Assembly (NCBI GenBank): GCA_000002435.2
Contig: CM018792.1
Source: Giardia intestinalis
Taxonomy: Eukaryota
Length of the DNA: 64,000 nucleotides
Strand: one strand, 5' to 3'
Numbering within the stretch: the stretch's first letter is position 1; each line of letters begins with the position of its first letter. A program made the position numbers and the translations under genes. Of this stretch, positions 16,401 to 26,504 are shown piece after piece. The notes beneath the pieces are model-generated. The model had not been told where the DNA came from. It saw only the letters and a list, made by a program, of their open reading frames with translations, and searched no databases.

Positions 16401-18604
16401 ATAAGGTTGAGATTCAATGTAGTAGAAAAGGTGCTATGGCTAGTTATCCTGACTATACATATGCGGGATCACGGTGCACAAATAGTGAGAACAATACTCA
16501 GTGCTTCAATCTTCCTTTTCTGCGCTTCCTAGCATCAATCCCGTTAATAAAAGTGGAGGAAGGGCAATCCGTGACGTTTCCAGAACTGTTGTTACATTTA
16601 CCTGATGTGGATGTCTATGCGCAGAGAGAAAGACGCCAACAGCAAGCATTAGTATCGGAACACCTTGCCTATGCACGGAATTCTTTAGCCTCGAGGCCAG
16701 GGGCAGATGTCTTGTTTCTTTCTGGAAGATCATCTAGTTCTAAGCAACGTAAGCATGCAATTGATGCAATGTGTGCACAACTTTCCAGTTCTCAGTCTTT
16801 GCAAAAACCCATATTCAAAGGAGACGTTCTTTCAGCTGCACAATCTGTTCCAGTCATCATGCCTACAAGGTTACCACCTGGTGGAGGAGCTCATATCAAT
16901 AAACAGGTCAGCATTTCTGTCACTCCAGCTAGCACACCTATTCTTAGTGAGTACGTTAGAGAATCGATTGCTGACTTGCCCCAATATGATTCTGGTAGGG
17001 CTCCAGCTCCCATTCTTACGTCAGCGTTCGAATGCTTTATCACCGCGTTGCATACCACTAACGAGACGCCCTACTATCTTCATAGACATGGACAGCTACC
17101 TCCTGGATACTCCCTTGCTTCTGAAGTAGAATCTTCCAAGACAAACATCATTCTTTCACTGAAGGATTTGGACAAATACTCCAATGTCACTAAGTCAACC
17201 CGAGATTCAACAGAGTATCCCATTGCAACCATTACATTTGTTGTCAAATTCACTAGAAAACTCATTAAAAGATTACTAAGAACGCTTTCTTCTTGCGAAA
17301 ACTTGCCGTGCTTCCTTGAACAGAAGTACGAGATCAATATTAATAATCTTGCCCATCCTAACGCTTCCTCAGTGAGTTACCAGATCCTACTACGTATTCC
17401 ACTGCAAATAGACCCATCCAGTTTGGTATTTCTGAAAAGTGCAAGCCAAGTAACCCGTGTGGATCGTCTAATGGGAAGTTCGGCCCCACAATACAATACT
17501 CAGTCAACCAACGGTGCCGCTATGCTCATCTCAAATTGTGCAATGAACGTTAAAGCAGAAAACGTCAATGGCTTTCTTGACGGTCTTTGGACAGATAGTT
17601 ACTTTGTCAACCTTCCTCCATCCTTTGCTGGTGCAAAATCCTTTAGTTCTATATCCCTTCATAATGCTTCTGATTATCCTGTAATAGCTGTTCTTTCTGG
17701 CTTAGCTCTTCCATTCAGCTACAGGACTACTTGTCGACTGGAGCCGTTGTCTAGCCTCTTGGTGCCAATCAACTTTGCGCCCAAACGCCCAGGCCAGTAT
17801 AATGGAACCTTGACCATCTCATATAGCCAAGTTATTCCAGACGAAAAGCAGGAAGCGCTTCTACTTCAGAAGCGTATGCTTGACAGGGGATTTGGGACGA
17901 AGCATGCGTTTTCTAAATCGCACTACCTTGAGCTAGACGCTCTTGAACGTCTAGCAACCACGTCACCTTCTCTGTCGACAAGACCAAAGAGTGCGAATAT
18001 GTGGGATAATATGGTGGCGAAGCCTGCTGGAACAAAATGCAAGGAGCGAGCGAAATCAAGCAAGACAATCTCTCGTAACGGATTATCACACATGAAACAG
18101 TTAGCATATGGTGACACCAAGCTAATACCAGAGTGCAGCCGCTCGCAGATAATACCTCCTGGTCCCAAAAAGGCATTCTATGTCAAATTATCTGGGCTAG
18201 CACTGAATACTCCACTAATGGTGACTCAGCCACCTTCTCAACTATATAATACGCACCCAGAATATGAGCCAGAGATTCCAAAGGCCACAATCATATATCT
18301 GCAGAAAGGAACACGTACAGCCCGGATTCTTCTGACCAATGTCTCTGATAGAGCATTGCTTTATGATATTCAATTGCTAATCCCTGGGGATAGAGATTCT
18401 CACGACGCTGCATATCACATGCTAACCGTTATGCCACCAAGCGGTTGCATTGAGCCCAAGTGTCAGGCAGCTATATCCCTCCATGGAGCAAAACAGTTTC
18501 ACAACGAACTTTCCATCGTGCTCAACATCTACACTAAATACAGGTCCGATGGAGATCTTATGATGGCTCTGTCTTACCGTGGACTTGTTAAGATGCACGC
18601 GTAA
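13436..18604 (+). CDS. Large hypothetical protein (1722 aa), rich in Ser/Thr/Pro
   Basis: This is a long uninterrupted ORF with a true ATG at 13436, preceded by an AT-rich initiator-like sequence (ttttatctcaaaacttggttttaag). I recognise no domain. Confidence 0.6.
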   Translation: MTSFPIRIGPSDFLFYGKESSTLRIHAVHSEPLMVILQTILRQANLSYALEKNDSVVPVKVEPSALVMNPDDRKAIAISFSPAHISSFAIGKILVKVAKLHTEEVIGTYQVPILCLAACVDLNYELFQSTSDGTHGLTVINTGNSHGFVCTRNFHGSDIGIISPGERIFLPTLSDASSLFMAPVLVHALASLLTDDALFRTGMHTDVIASLKAEFPESIKASMGTALDDITKMAYSLYSAYTSYPFKSDLLRFLINHCVWYSYNNGKLDEKPIWINTRMLPNHCTTELSGSSIGESVEPQLLSSSDLSVTLQPLANSTRPIGGINDRMLSSSDSVSIRTHFADHAPGRPPVIPPASTSTLEPRRLVIESGYNLVSNSDESPDTRVHQAAPKAVTSYQPSSLCKSNLPPSSTTSELSATRVVAAPSAHADILYSPKKPPSITSPQSHTECKASCLGQTPALETSPNDLHSVTAQSVSRIKSPSSSAINTSIYGVTQPHTSSTPSSATPVDEIEKSIINSTGVPPSVAHSAHPLESNNQNTSQHPFEHASTNVSSAPQRSVTFTDDYSRRSYCDQDSVHDASSVHRFSTPTPSRSTHSYMQSPEDALIGNTAIMYQDSPARASLPSFGSRVRSHEFPYSPIPEHVSNPSSQHLLPSGYDLQYKSPDNNATALEKELIDQYNSTLSEYRSLTQAIKDNSRSVSKLASDLKEEKSSTPYTLEQDFTDEYLPDVRPLCIHFAEDSIIYNNPAMKWAVNGVPIYERPKYNATMFWRVLNDSFLLGGSPFFPPYLESHRGVNTTGGICYLTGSVTVENNANQSGFMNSLLQSETLRNTNVLDAAEDLHYLYYSLSFVTFDPSILRMRLSIKADRPLTGRLSPGEQHTIEITIAIAYSDVSGTDLPEIPMFLQSFNRGSDRMSVTDSGASLFLRVFGARFDRQFFQDELESLDTLQNTIRTPSRFSIRECIDLPVRFLDGIVCDRNVAVNPVNLQEHKVEIQCSRKGAMASYPDYTYAGSRCTNSENNTQCFNLPFLRFLASIPLIKVEEGQSVTFPELLLHLPDVDVYAQRERRQQQALVSEHLAYARNSLASRPGADVLFLSGRSSSSKQRKHAIDAMCAQLSSSQSLQKPIFKGDVLSAAQSVPVIMPTRLPPGGGAHINKQVSISVTPASTPILSEYVRESIADLPQYDSGRAPAPILTSAFECFITALHTTNETPYYLHRHGQLPPGYSLASEVESSKTNIILSLKDLDKYSNVTKSTRDSTEYPIATITFVVKFTRKLIKRLLRTLSSCENLPCFLEQKYEININNLAHPNASSVSYQILLRIPLQIDPSSLVFLKSASQVTRVDRLMGSSAPQYNTQSTNGAAMLISNCAMNVKAENVNGFLDGLWTDSYFVNLPPSFAGAKSFSSISLHNASDYPVIAVLSGLALPFSYRTTCRLEPLSSLLVPINFAPKRPGQYNGTLTISYSQVIPDEKQEALLLQKRMLDRGFGTKHAFSKSHYLELDALERLATTSPSLSTRPKSANMWDNMVAKPAGTKCKERAKSSKTISRNGLSHMKQLAYGDTKLIPECSRSQIIPPGPKKAFYVKLSGLALNTPLMVTQPPSQLYNTHPEYEPEIPKATIIYLQKGTRTARILLTNVSDRALLYDIQLLIPGDRDSHDAAYHMLTVMPPSGCIEPKCQAAISLHGAKQFHNELSIVLNIYTKYRSDGDLMMALSYRGLVKMHA

Positions 18605-20519
18605 AGCTCACTGTTGAGCTTGATTTGTATATAGATGTTGCTACGCTTCTCTCTGCCTCTACAACCGAGAGACCGTGCTGCATGAGCTGTGAAATAGAAA
18701 TGGACCCCTCTGGAAGCGGCGACCCTGCGACGTAGCTGTCTAGTCTCAGGTACCCTGCCTCATGGCTTGCCTCTATTTTGCATTCTGTGTCCATTATTGT
18801 ATATGTGTCTGAAGAAGTTATTAGCCTCGGGTTAAATAGGTCTATCTTCTGATTCTCCCTTATGAGCATAGCCATCTGTCTATCGTGCTTATGCTCTTCA
18901 CTCCTCTCCATGGATCGTATTGCCCGAGCACGCTCAATGGATTCTATGGTTGTGTTCGCATCTGCAATTGCCAAGTCTTCGTTATGGAGGAGTTCCTCAA
19001 CTGGTGCAGGACACCGAATAGCGTTAAACCCGAACTGATCCCCGAGCAAGTCTACGTGGTAGCGAAACTTATCATCCTGAAACATTGTTTGGTCGAACTC
19101 AGGAACCTTGCTACCTCCATATCTATCAACAGAATTACTTTCATGTACCTGTGCATACTCCTGTGGAATGATCACTGGCTTGGGGAGAGACTCAAACTCT
19201 TTGTAGTAGCGTTCAAAATCATCCAGTATTGACTCCAACTCGTCTGTGCTGAATATAAACCTCCTCGAGGTGTCAGACCTTGAAGAGGACAGTTTTTCTT
19301 TTATAATCTGGTATATCTCGGATTGAAAATAGAATATGTTAGAGATTGCTGGCTGCATCTTTTGGTCAGGGTTAAGATTATTATCAAAGTGCGAGATCTG
19401 ATAGCTCATCCACCTCAATCGTGATAATGTGTTATATCGTGTGACATTAAAAGATGGACACTCAAATTTTGTGATGAAGTCTCCATACGGTGTCTGGATC
19501 AGTCTCTTGAACGGAGGAGACGTTCTGATGAGGATCTGCTTCTCTGGTATCCTGGTGTGGTGTACTCCTTGTTTACCCGTCTCAACTGCCATCCCATCCT
19601 TGTTAAGTATTGGTTGAGGTGTCAGGGACTTTATTTTCCTTTCTGTTGAACGATGGGTCTTGTAGATTGGCGGTTCGATCTGTTTGGTGAAGTATGACTC
19701 TATCACAGCTGGGCTCTTTTGTTCTGTGGCGCTTTCAGCAAGAATTTGCCCAATAAAATTAGCACCCTCATCTTTCGCCGTCGTTTTCTCGATGCCCAGA
19801 TAGCATGCCTTCCGTGAAACATACCCAGCATCACTTTCAGTTGGCCCGTAGCTTACTTGTTGTACTGAGTACTTTCTCAGTTCTTCACGACTCTCAGTTC
19901 CGTTGCTGTTATCATCTTCGCTGCATGACTTGATAGATTTGGTAGACTCATCTCTAAACGGAACAGTAGTAACTCCAGTAAGCTGGTCTAAAATTGGTAT
20001 TCCTGGAGTTGTCTCAAGTCCAGAAGCATCAAGATAGCATGCTCTTTGTGCCTCCTTCATCGAACTACTGGCTATAGAAACCGATTCTGGTTGCAAGTCG
20101 GCATCAGCTTCTATTAATGAAGAACTGGGAGAAGGCACAGGCAGATCTGATCCTTGTATGCACTGAGTAGCCTTTTTGCGTACAGACAACGGTGTAGAAG
20201 AAAGTGAGTGAAGTGGATTACTGGTGCTGGGACTCTTAGATTTGGCGGGTGTGGCTATCTCAGAGATATCTTTGTTCTTGACCATGATATGTGGCATTTT
20301 ATCCTGCGCTAACTGCATGCTATTTGCGAGTGCAGATGACGATCGTTTGGATCGAGCTGCTGATGTAATAACAGGGAGCTTGCACTTATAGGACCCTGCG
20401 CCTCTACTAAGCGGCCTTGCTATGTTGGGTGAGCTCTGAGGCACTGGGATAGGGTCTAGCATGAAGCTGGGTCTTGTACTCATAAAGGTTGTGAGGTTTA
20501 CACTTAGATTTAAAATCAT
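18588..20519 (-). CDS. Hypothetical protein (643 aa)
   Basis: A long ORF with a true ATG at 20517-20519. Its 3' end overlaps the stop of the convergent 13436-18604 gene by 17 bp. Confidence 0.55.
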   Translation of the reverse strand: MILNLSVNLTTFMSTRPSFMLDPIPVPQSSPNIARPLSRGAGSYKCKLPVITSAARSKRSSSALANSMQLAQDKMPHIMVKNKDISEIATPAKSKSPSTSNPLHSLSSTPLSVRKKATQCIQGSDLPVPSPSSSLIEADADLQPESVSIASSSMKEAQRACYLDASGLETTPGIPILDQLTGVTTVPFRDESTKSIKSCSEDDNSNGTESREELRKYSVQQVSYGPTESDAGYVSRKACYLGIEKTTAKDEGANFIGQILAESATEQKSPAVIESYFTKQIEPPIYKTHRSTERKIKSLTPQPILNKDGMAVETGKQGVHHTRIPEKQILIRTSPPFKRLIQTPYGDFITKFECPSFNVTRYNTLSRLRWMSYQISHFDNNLNPDQKMQPAISNIFYFQSEIYQIIKEKLSSSRSDTSRRFIFSTDELESILDDFERYYKEFESLPKPVIIPQEYAQVHESNSVDRYGGSKVPEFDQTMFQDDKFRYHVDLLGDQFGFNAIRCPAPVEELLHNEDLAIADANTTIESIERARAIRSMERSEEHKHDRQMAMLIRENQKIDLFNPRLITSSDTYTIMDTECKIEASHEAGYLRLDSYVAGSPLPEGSISISQLMQHGLSVVEAERSVATSIYKSSSTVSFTRAS

Positions 20520-20761
20520 CGAAAAGTGCCCAGAACGGTCGGCCTATCACTTCTTTATGGCCTGTTGGCTCTTTTGGTTCTGCTGCGGTAGGATCCTTTG
20601 CTGCCTATACTGGCAGTCGCCGACATAGTTTTGAACAATGGTGTTAAGGATGGGAATGCTTCTAGAGTCTATTTGCAGAGTGAGGAGCGTCTTTGCGTAG
20701 CTAATTACATCACTACTATAATCGACTTGCCTGTAGTCAATGGACATATGCTCGTACCGAT

Positions 20762-22480
20762 TTATTGATTTTTCTGGATATACTCGTACCAGGCCTTGGG
20801 GTTTAGATTTCGGAGACGCTCCTCGAAGTCCTGCTCTACCTCTGCCTTTATCTTGTACATTTCATTTCGCAACTTTGTGTCATATTCGTCCTGAATTTGC
20901 TCACGGAGCTTATTAAATCTAATATCGCTCTCGAGTAATTTTTGTTGGAGCTCTAAGATCTTACTTTCATATTCCAAACATTGTAATTGCTTAGTTCCAT
21001 GGCAATCCTCATCTTCTTTTTCTGTATTTGGCACTCTGATGGTTTGTAACCCAGATGAGCACCTGGCCCCATCCAACTCCATGGTGATTTTATCCCAGGC
21101 TATGCTGGCGTCTGCCGAGTCCCTACCGTTTGGAAGAGTGCATAAAAATTCATCTAGGGTATCCTCTATCTTGTTTTCCTTTATCGGTAGCAGCGGATTA
21201 GTTGCCGTTGTCATGGGTGAACACTCCTCATCAAGGCCCCGTAGAGTCCGTCGTTCGTCCTCTGCAGGCCCTTCGTGAAGCTTCTTAAGCAGGTACGTTA
21301 CCTTGCGTCGCTCGTTTTCAGCATCTCCTTGGGCCTTTGCGAGATCCGCTGTTAGCTTTGCCAAATGATCCTCCAAGTTCTTGCGGATATACTGCTCCTT
21401 CATCAACATCTTGCTCAGGGTAAACTGATCCTGTGTTGCAGCATCAAGCTTCTGCTGCAAGTGTTTAATTAGGTCGTCGGTAGTGGGGTCGTGCAGGTTA
21501 CGGTGCTCATCATGTAAATAGGACGAGTCAATCGAAGAGTCACATATGTGCACTGACTTTTTTTCTTTTTTTGGTGAATCAATCTCAATCCCAGGGTTCG
21601 TAATGGAAGAGGGAAAAAGTGCATCCTTTAAGATGGCACGAAGCACCCCCTGAATACTCTGCTTCTTGTGTAGCTCTGGATTAATTACAGTTAAGATGGT
21701 AAGTGTTTTAGCACCGAATTCTTGGGCCTCTAGTAAAGAGAGCATGTAGTTGTGTATTTTCTTGTGGGCAGGTGAAGGCTTGGCTGCGCTGAAATATCTA
21801 GTAAAGCTTGCTTTGCGTGTTCTGGCATCAAGATACTTCAAGATAACGGTGTTGTGATCGGAAGGCCCTTTTACGCACTGGTAGTCACAGAAGATAGAGA
21901 GCCACTCGGGCGCGGATACAGGGGTTGTGTTGGACATCTTCCCGACAAACGGAGAGAGAAGGTGAATTTTCATGGGGGCTAGTTCAGCACCATCCACAGA
22001 TAGCTCCAGCTGAAGGGCATACGTCTCCACACGGTCCGCTGCGAACCTGCGAACTGCCTTCACAACAGCTTCTGCAGCGCTGCGAGTTAAGCTGTCTCTT
22101 GTTAACAGTCCTATTGCTTCCTCCTCAAACATAGGTTCTTGGTCCATCGAGTGAACAAAGCGATAGCCAGTGATAGCGAGTTTATAGCCTGTTAGACGAA
22201 GTATTAGACGTAGGAGCTCGTCATGAACTGCTGTCATATCGGTTTCAAGGAAGCGGGGCACAACTAATAGGAACGTTTCTGCCACGACCCTCTTTGGCAA
22301 GAGATGGTAGAGGGCTGTGCATATCCTTTTTCTGGCAGAAGATGGGGTCCGCAGAAATGACACGTCCCCTTCCAAGAACACAGCTCCATCAGAGCACGAA
22401 ATGCATGCAGCTTGAAGACTGGTTGCCTTAAGATCAGGAGGAAAGCCTGTGACTACTTGAAGCAAAACATCTGTGCTCAT
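20762..22480 (-). CDS. Hypothetical protein with a C-terminal coiled coil (572 aa)
   Basis: True ATG at 22478-22480. The C-terminal 250 aa are charged and heptad-like (EEL…KLTADLAKAQGDAENERRKVTYLLKKL… KILELQQKLLESDIRFNKLREQIQDEYDTKLRNEMYKIKAEVEQ). Confidence 0.55.
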   Translation of the reverse strand: MSTDVLLQVVTGFPPDLKATSLQAACISCSDGAVFLEGDVSFLRTPSSARKRICTALYHLLPKRVVAETFLLVVPRFLETDMTAVHDELLRLILRLTGYKLAITGYRFVHSMDQEPMFEEEAIGLLTRDSLTRSAAEAVVKAVRRFAADRVETYALQLELSVDGAELAPMKIHLLSPFVGKMSNTTPVSAPEWLSIFCDYQCVKGPSDHNTVILKYLDARTRKASFTRYFSAAKPSPAHKKIHNYMLSLLEAQEFGAKTLTILTVINPELHKKQSIQGVLRAILKDALFPSSITNPGIEIDSPKKEKKSVHICDSSIDSSYLHDEHRNLHDPTTDDLIKHLQQKLDAATQDQFTLSKMLMKEQYIRKNLEDHLAKLTADLAKAQGDAENERRKVTYLLKKLHEGPAEDERRTLRGLDEECSPMTTATNPLLPIKENKIEDTLDEFLCTLPNGRDSADASIAWDKITMELDGARCSSGLQTIRVPNTEKEDEDCHGTKQLQCLEYESKILELQQKLLESDIRFNKLREQIQDEYDTKLRNEMYKIKAEVEQDFEERLRNLNPKAWYEYIQKNQ

Positions 22481-22615
22481 TTGTCCTTGTTAGCTTCTTA
22501 AAAACACGAGGTCAAAACCCATCTGCTAACGCATAAACGATAACATACAAGGCAGGCTAATCAGCAATATAGCTGAAAATTTACAGCACAGCGTGCTCTA
22601 GAGCAGACGCATAAT

Positions 22616-23305
22616 TTATACATCAGGCCTGTCCCCTGCAAGCTGCCGCCATCGGGCTCGTTCTGCAGCTATCATAGTATCTAATTCCGCAATCTGCTCC
22701 CTTATTGCTGTATTCCGCTCGCGACATCTAGCAAGCTCTGTACTGGCCTCTCCGATTGACGAACTAATTTTAGCAAAGCTCTCTTCCCGTTTCTTTGCAA
22801 CATTCCCAAAGTACGCCTCATGCTTTTCCAGAATTGCTTTGAAGGTCGATGCCAGCGTGCCCCCAAATGTCATGCCCGAAGCTGCTGCATCACTGAGCTT
22901 TGAATTGATATCATCCGAACCAGTTGACAGTGGAGGATCGCCCCTTTGGATAGATGAAACTGTAGACCTCTTTGCATCCCTGGATGGTGGAGCATTGCTG
23001 ATGACACTAACTAATTCTGCGCTGGCCGCAGAAGCCCGTGCACTAGGACTGTCGCTGATGGTGCTACTTAGCGTCTTTGGCTGTCTATACTTGGAAGAAA
23101 CGACCCTTTCCTCTATTAGTTTGTCAACAGGAACATATTTAGAGACGGATGGGGCTCCGGGACGGTACACCAAAACCCACGCGTCATTAGGGCTCGCCTC
23201 TGGGTTGTTGGCCTCAATGAACTGCTCCCCAGCTTCAAAAGAAAACTCGTTGCTGGGATCCTCAGCTGTATATGGCTGTGCAGCGACAAACGTACGAGAA
23301 CTCAT
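22616..23305 (-). CDS. Hypothetical protein with an N-terminal SH3-like domain and a coiled-coil tail (229 aa)
   Basis: True ATG at 23303-23305. The N-terminus (AAQPYTAEDPSNEFSFEAGEQFIE…DAWVLVYRPG…KYVPVDKL) follows the SH3 pattern ALYDY..ELSF..GD.I.V…W…G…GYVP.NYV. Confidence 0.4.
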   Translation of the reverse strand: MSSRTFVAAQPYTAEDPSNEFSFEAGEQFIEANNPEASPNDAWVLVYRPGAPSVSKYVPVDKLIEERVVSSKYRQPKTLSSTISDSPSARASAASAELVSVISNAPPSRDAKRSTVSSIQRGDPPLSTGSDDINSKLSDAAASGMTFGGTLASTFKAILEKHEAYFGNVAKKREESFAKISSSIGEASTELARCRERNTAIREQIAELDTMIAAERARWRQLAGDRPDV

Positions 23306-23547
23306 AGACTTTGACTACTGCTATTTTTGAACGACAAGGCGGCAACCCGTTGAACCAGGCTGAAGCAGACGTTGCTGCATAGCTTCACAAATGCTTACTG
23401 CGCCAACAAAACGCATATATGCATAGATATATGCACAGCCTCACGAGTATTCGCATATTTCAACAAATTTAGCCAATATGTTGCCGACACAAACAAAGCG
23501 GTCTGAGACCCAACACAAGGTCAGAGAGCATATTTACAGTGCCAATG

Positions 23548-24417
23548 TCAGCTCATATTTGCATTTATGGTGGTATACATCTGTGGTGCAGGACTGACGC
23601 ACCCTCCTGCTCTCGGAGCCGTCAAAATAAAGGGAACGTATGTGAAGGGGGCCTGGCTGAAGAAGGAGGCTGGGGGTGGCGGGTAAGACATGGGCACATA
23701 CCCGTGCGGAGCGGCGGGGTAGGGGAGATTGATGAACGATTGATTAGGCATGAGAGGAAGCAGGGTAGGGTCAGGAAGAGAGACAATCCCCCCGGGAACA
23801 TACTCTATGGGGCACGGAGAAAGTTGCGAAGAAATTTGCGAAGAATGCTGTGAGGAATGTTGTGAGGAAAGTTGCGATACCTCCACTGGTGTGTTTGCTT
23901 CTGGAGCCTTGGGCTTATCTGCCTTTTTGCGCTGCGCTCTCGGTCTGTACGGTCTTCGTGATGATATCTTAACTCCGCATTCTTCTAATACCGCACGAAC
24001 ACTGTGGGTACGAAGCGCGTTATTGTAAGTCATACGCAACTCCTGGCGTGGATATTTCGCGCTAAAGCGCTTGTGTATCTCTTTATAAAACTCTGCGTCG
24101 ATAGCTCTTCTATCACGGATACCCCCAATTATAATTGACCTGATTGCTTCTCGGTCTTCGTTTGTCATCTTCACATCCAGGATGTTCCGAGAGTGGGTCT
24201 CACGATACCAATGATAGATCCGATTGCGATCTTGGTTGAGGGCGGTTGCTATCTTGCGCCAATTGATAGGAGTTTTAATGGCATAGGCGTACAGCTTCCG
24301 TGGAGTGCGGATGAGTGTTTCTACGTCCTCAGAGACACCGCGAGTGACAATAATTTGTGAAGCAAGTTCCCGAAGGATAGACTCTTGCAGTTCCGATGAC
24401 ATACTAGGATAAACCAT
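23548..24417 (-). CDS. Myb/SANT-like DNA-binding protein (289 aa), with SQHS repeats and a Pro/Tyr-rich C-terminus
   Basis: True ATG at 24415-24417. The segment INWRKIATALNQDRNRIYHWYRETH matches the Myb-repeat core W..IA..L..R.....HW (compare c-Myb [21 protein letters not shown]). The C-terminus carries a SQHSSQHSSQISSQ repeat and a PYPAAPHGYVPMSYPPPP tail. Confidence 0.45.
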   Translation of the reverse strand: MVYPSMSSELQESILRELASQIIVTRGVSEDVETLIRTPRKLYAYAIKTPINWRKIATALNQDRNRIYHWYRETHSRNILDVKMTNEDREAIRSIIIGGIRDRRAIDAEFYKEIHKRFSAKYPRQELRMTYNNALRTHSVRAVLEECGVKISSRRPYRPRAQRKKADKPKAPEANTPVEVSQLSSQHSSQHSSQISSQLSPCPIEYVPGGIVSLPDPTLLPLMPNQSFINLPYPAAPHGYVPMSYPPPPASFFSQAPFTYVPFILTAPRAGGCVSPAPQMYTTINANMS

Positions 24418-25157
24418 GGAATTCTGATTCTTTAATGCCTAAAACCTTTGAATTAATATAGTAGAGTAAAACCCGGACTAGAACCTTGTAGGCCGACGTA
24501 TTGCTGAGCAATATGATTATCAGGCTTCTAAGTGACTCCCAGCAAAAGGCCCCGACCGATGTCTTTTAATCATGCCTACAACTATATGAACCCATCTAGG
24601 ATTAAAAGAATTGCCTCTTGCCTGTAGCTAAAGTAACCGACTACTTGGAGGTAAGGCCGAGCACCTTATGGTTTGACTGTAGACCGAGTTGGACGATTAA
24701 ACTAATTGCTAAAAACAACGGTCAAGAAATGCCACCCACTAGTGTTACTAACAGTAGCTACAGCAACACCAAAAATCTTTAGAACCTACATCGTATGCCA
24801 AAAATGGCAAAATCCGGGTCCAAAAAGAAAATATCTCAACGCATTTCCAGCGCTAGCGAGTCAGGGCATCCTGTACTGACTACGGAGAGGTCCTATGTAG
24901 CTTTATAATCCAGTCGGCGAGTATGTGCAAGCCCGTGATCCGGATGAGACTTTGCATTCATTCAGTAGCAAGACATGCAAACGCTTTTTGTGCTGAAGCC
25001 TTGGCGATGCATGTATTTGGAGGTGTCTTAGCTGGAAATACAGCATTATCTACGGCCGCAAAACGTAGTTGTGTCTTCGTTTGCCATGTCCTCTACCTTG
25101 CGAGGGCAGGTTTGACCACGACGTCCCGACACAGGTTCTTTAACGTTGAGCACACGT

Positions 25158-25321
25158 AATCTAACATGCTAATCTAACATGCGTATCCGTCAAATTCCTG
25201 CTTGTAGTGATCCTGATCCAACACACAATGAGAATCTAACATGGAATGAATTGGTTGCTGTTAGGCATAAGCAGCAGATGGTCACATTCTTTCACGGTCT
25301 GCTCCCCCAGAATCTGACATG
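25158..25321. repeat. Four dispersed copies of the 11-mer AATCTAACATG (fourth copy AATCTGACATG) within 165 bp of a gene-free region
   Basis: Copies lie at 25158-25168, 25171-25181, 25233-25243 and 25311-25321. Each is followed by C or G. Confidence 0.5.
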
Positions 25322-26504
25322 CTAAGCGGGGCAGTTGGCGAGTCGTCAGGTGAAGATGAAAATTGCGGGATCTTCTTATGCTGCGCAACGAACCGCTGTC
25401 CTCCCTCACGCGGTCTCCTGCATTGGCCTCTAATTGTGATGAGTGCCACCAAAAGGACGTAACGATGGCAGGGATGGATACCGCGATGGGATTGGACAAC
25501 GATCCTTTAAACGACTCTGAATAAAGCCTGAGCACAAAGCTTGTGAACGCTCAACGTCAACCGGAACAGTTACATACGCAGATTAACGAGAAGAACGAGA
25601 TTATATATGCGTATGGGTCCAAAGGGACTGCGCCAAATTTATTTAGCTATATTTCGGATGCAAATTTCACACACCTCCAATTTACAAGGGATGGTTTTAA
25701 TTCTTTTGAAACAGGATTAGAATTACTAGCTGCCAACTTCGCCTACGTGGTCAAATGCTCATGACTTCACAAGAATCTCAGATGGCGACTTTTCTTTGCC
25801 ACTTCGAGTTTTCAGGAGTTCTAACCCTAATCATAGAAGGATGTCAGCCATTCAAGACATACAAGCTCTTTCAGAGATGATTGGACAGGTGCCAAACGAA
25901 GCACTAGATGAGCCTGTTACCACCAATAACACGCTGCTGATGCATGCAATACGTTTTGGATAACCGTTTTGGCCTGAAAACACTTTTTGAGACGTGCCAG
26001 AATGGCTGCCTGCGAAAGGGAAATAATCTCTAGTTTCTGTGGGAACGGTGGTCTTACGAATCTTGCGTTGCACTTTAGCAGTTGGAAGAGAAGCAGGTAT
26101 GGCGAGTAATCAATATACGATTACTCTAAAATCGTCGTGTGGATAGAGCAGGACTTAAGATCCTGAGGGATTCTTCTACCACAAGAGGAGTACGTGTGAA
26201 ATAGCGTGAGAAAAGCACCCTACTCATGCTATAGGCACGGAAACTACGACATGGTTGTTCCGATGGCCTCAGACTCATGGGTGTTATCAAGGGGGTCAAG
26301 ATGAAGAATTCTGAAGGAGAAATTTATCCACTCACACCGGTTAAACACGGTAATCTACCCCTGGCAAACCTTTTATTAAAGGGGTTAGAACCTCTACAAC
26401 CGAAAATTTCCCGAAAAAATGAAAGAGTTGAATTGGTGGCTGCAGTTCTGGCTCTAGTTCTGGTTGCCGCCCCTCGGAAGGCGTCCAGACCGGTGGTAAG
26501 GTAG

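Noticed and set aside
24923-26504. Small ORFs in the gene desert (24923-25159+, 25236-25535-, 25543-25764+, 25852-26073-, 26277-26504+)
   Set aside because: They are short, mostly start at non-ATG codons (for example 25543 is GTG), have no recognisable motifs and lie on alternating strands. They are treated as chance ORFs. The region is reported as a non-coding or ncRNA candidate instead.
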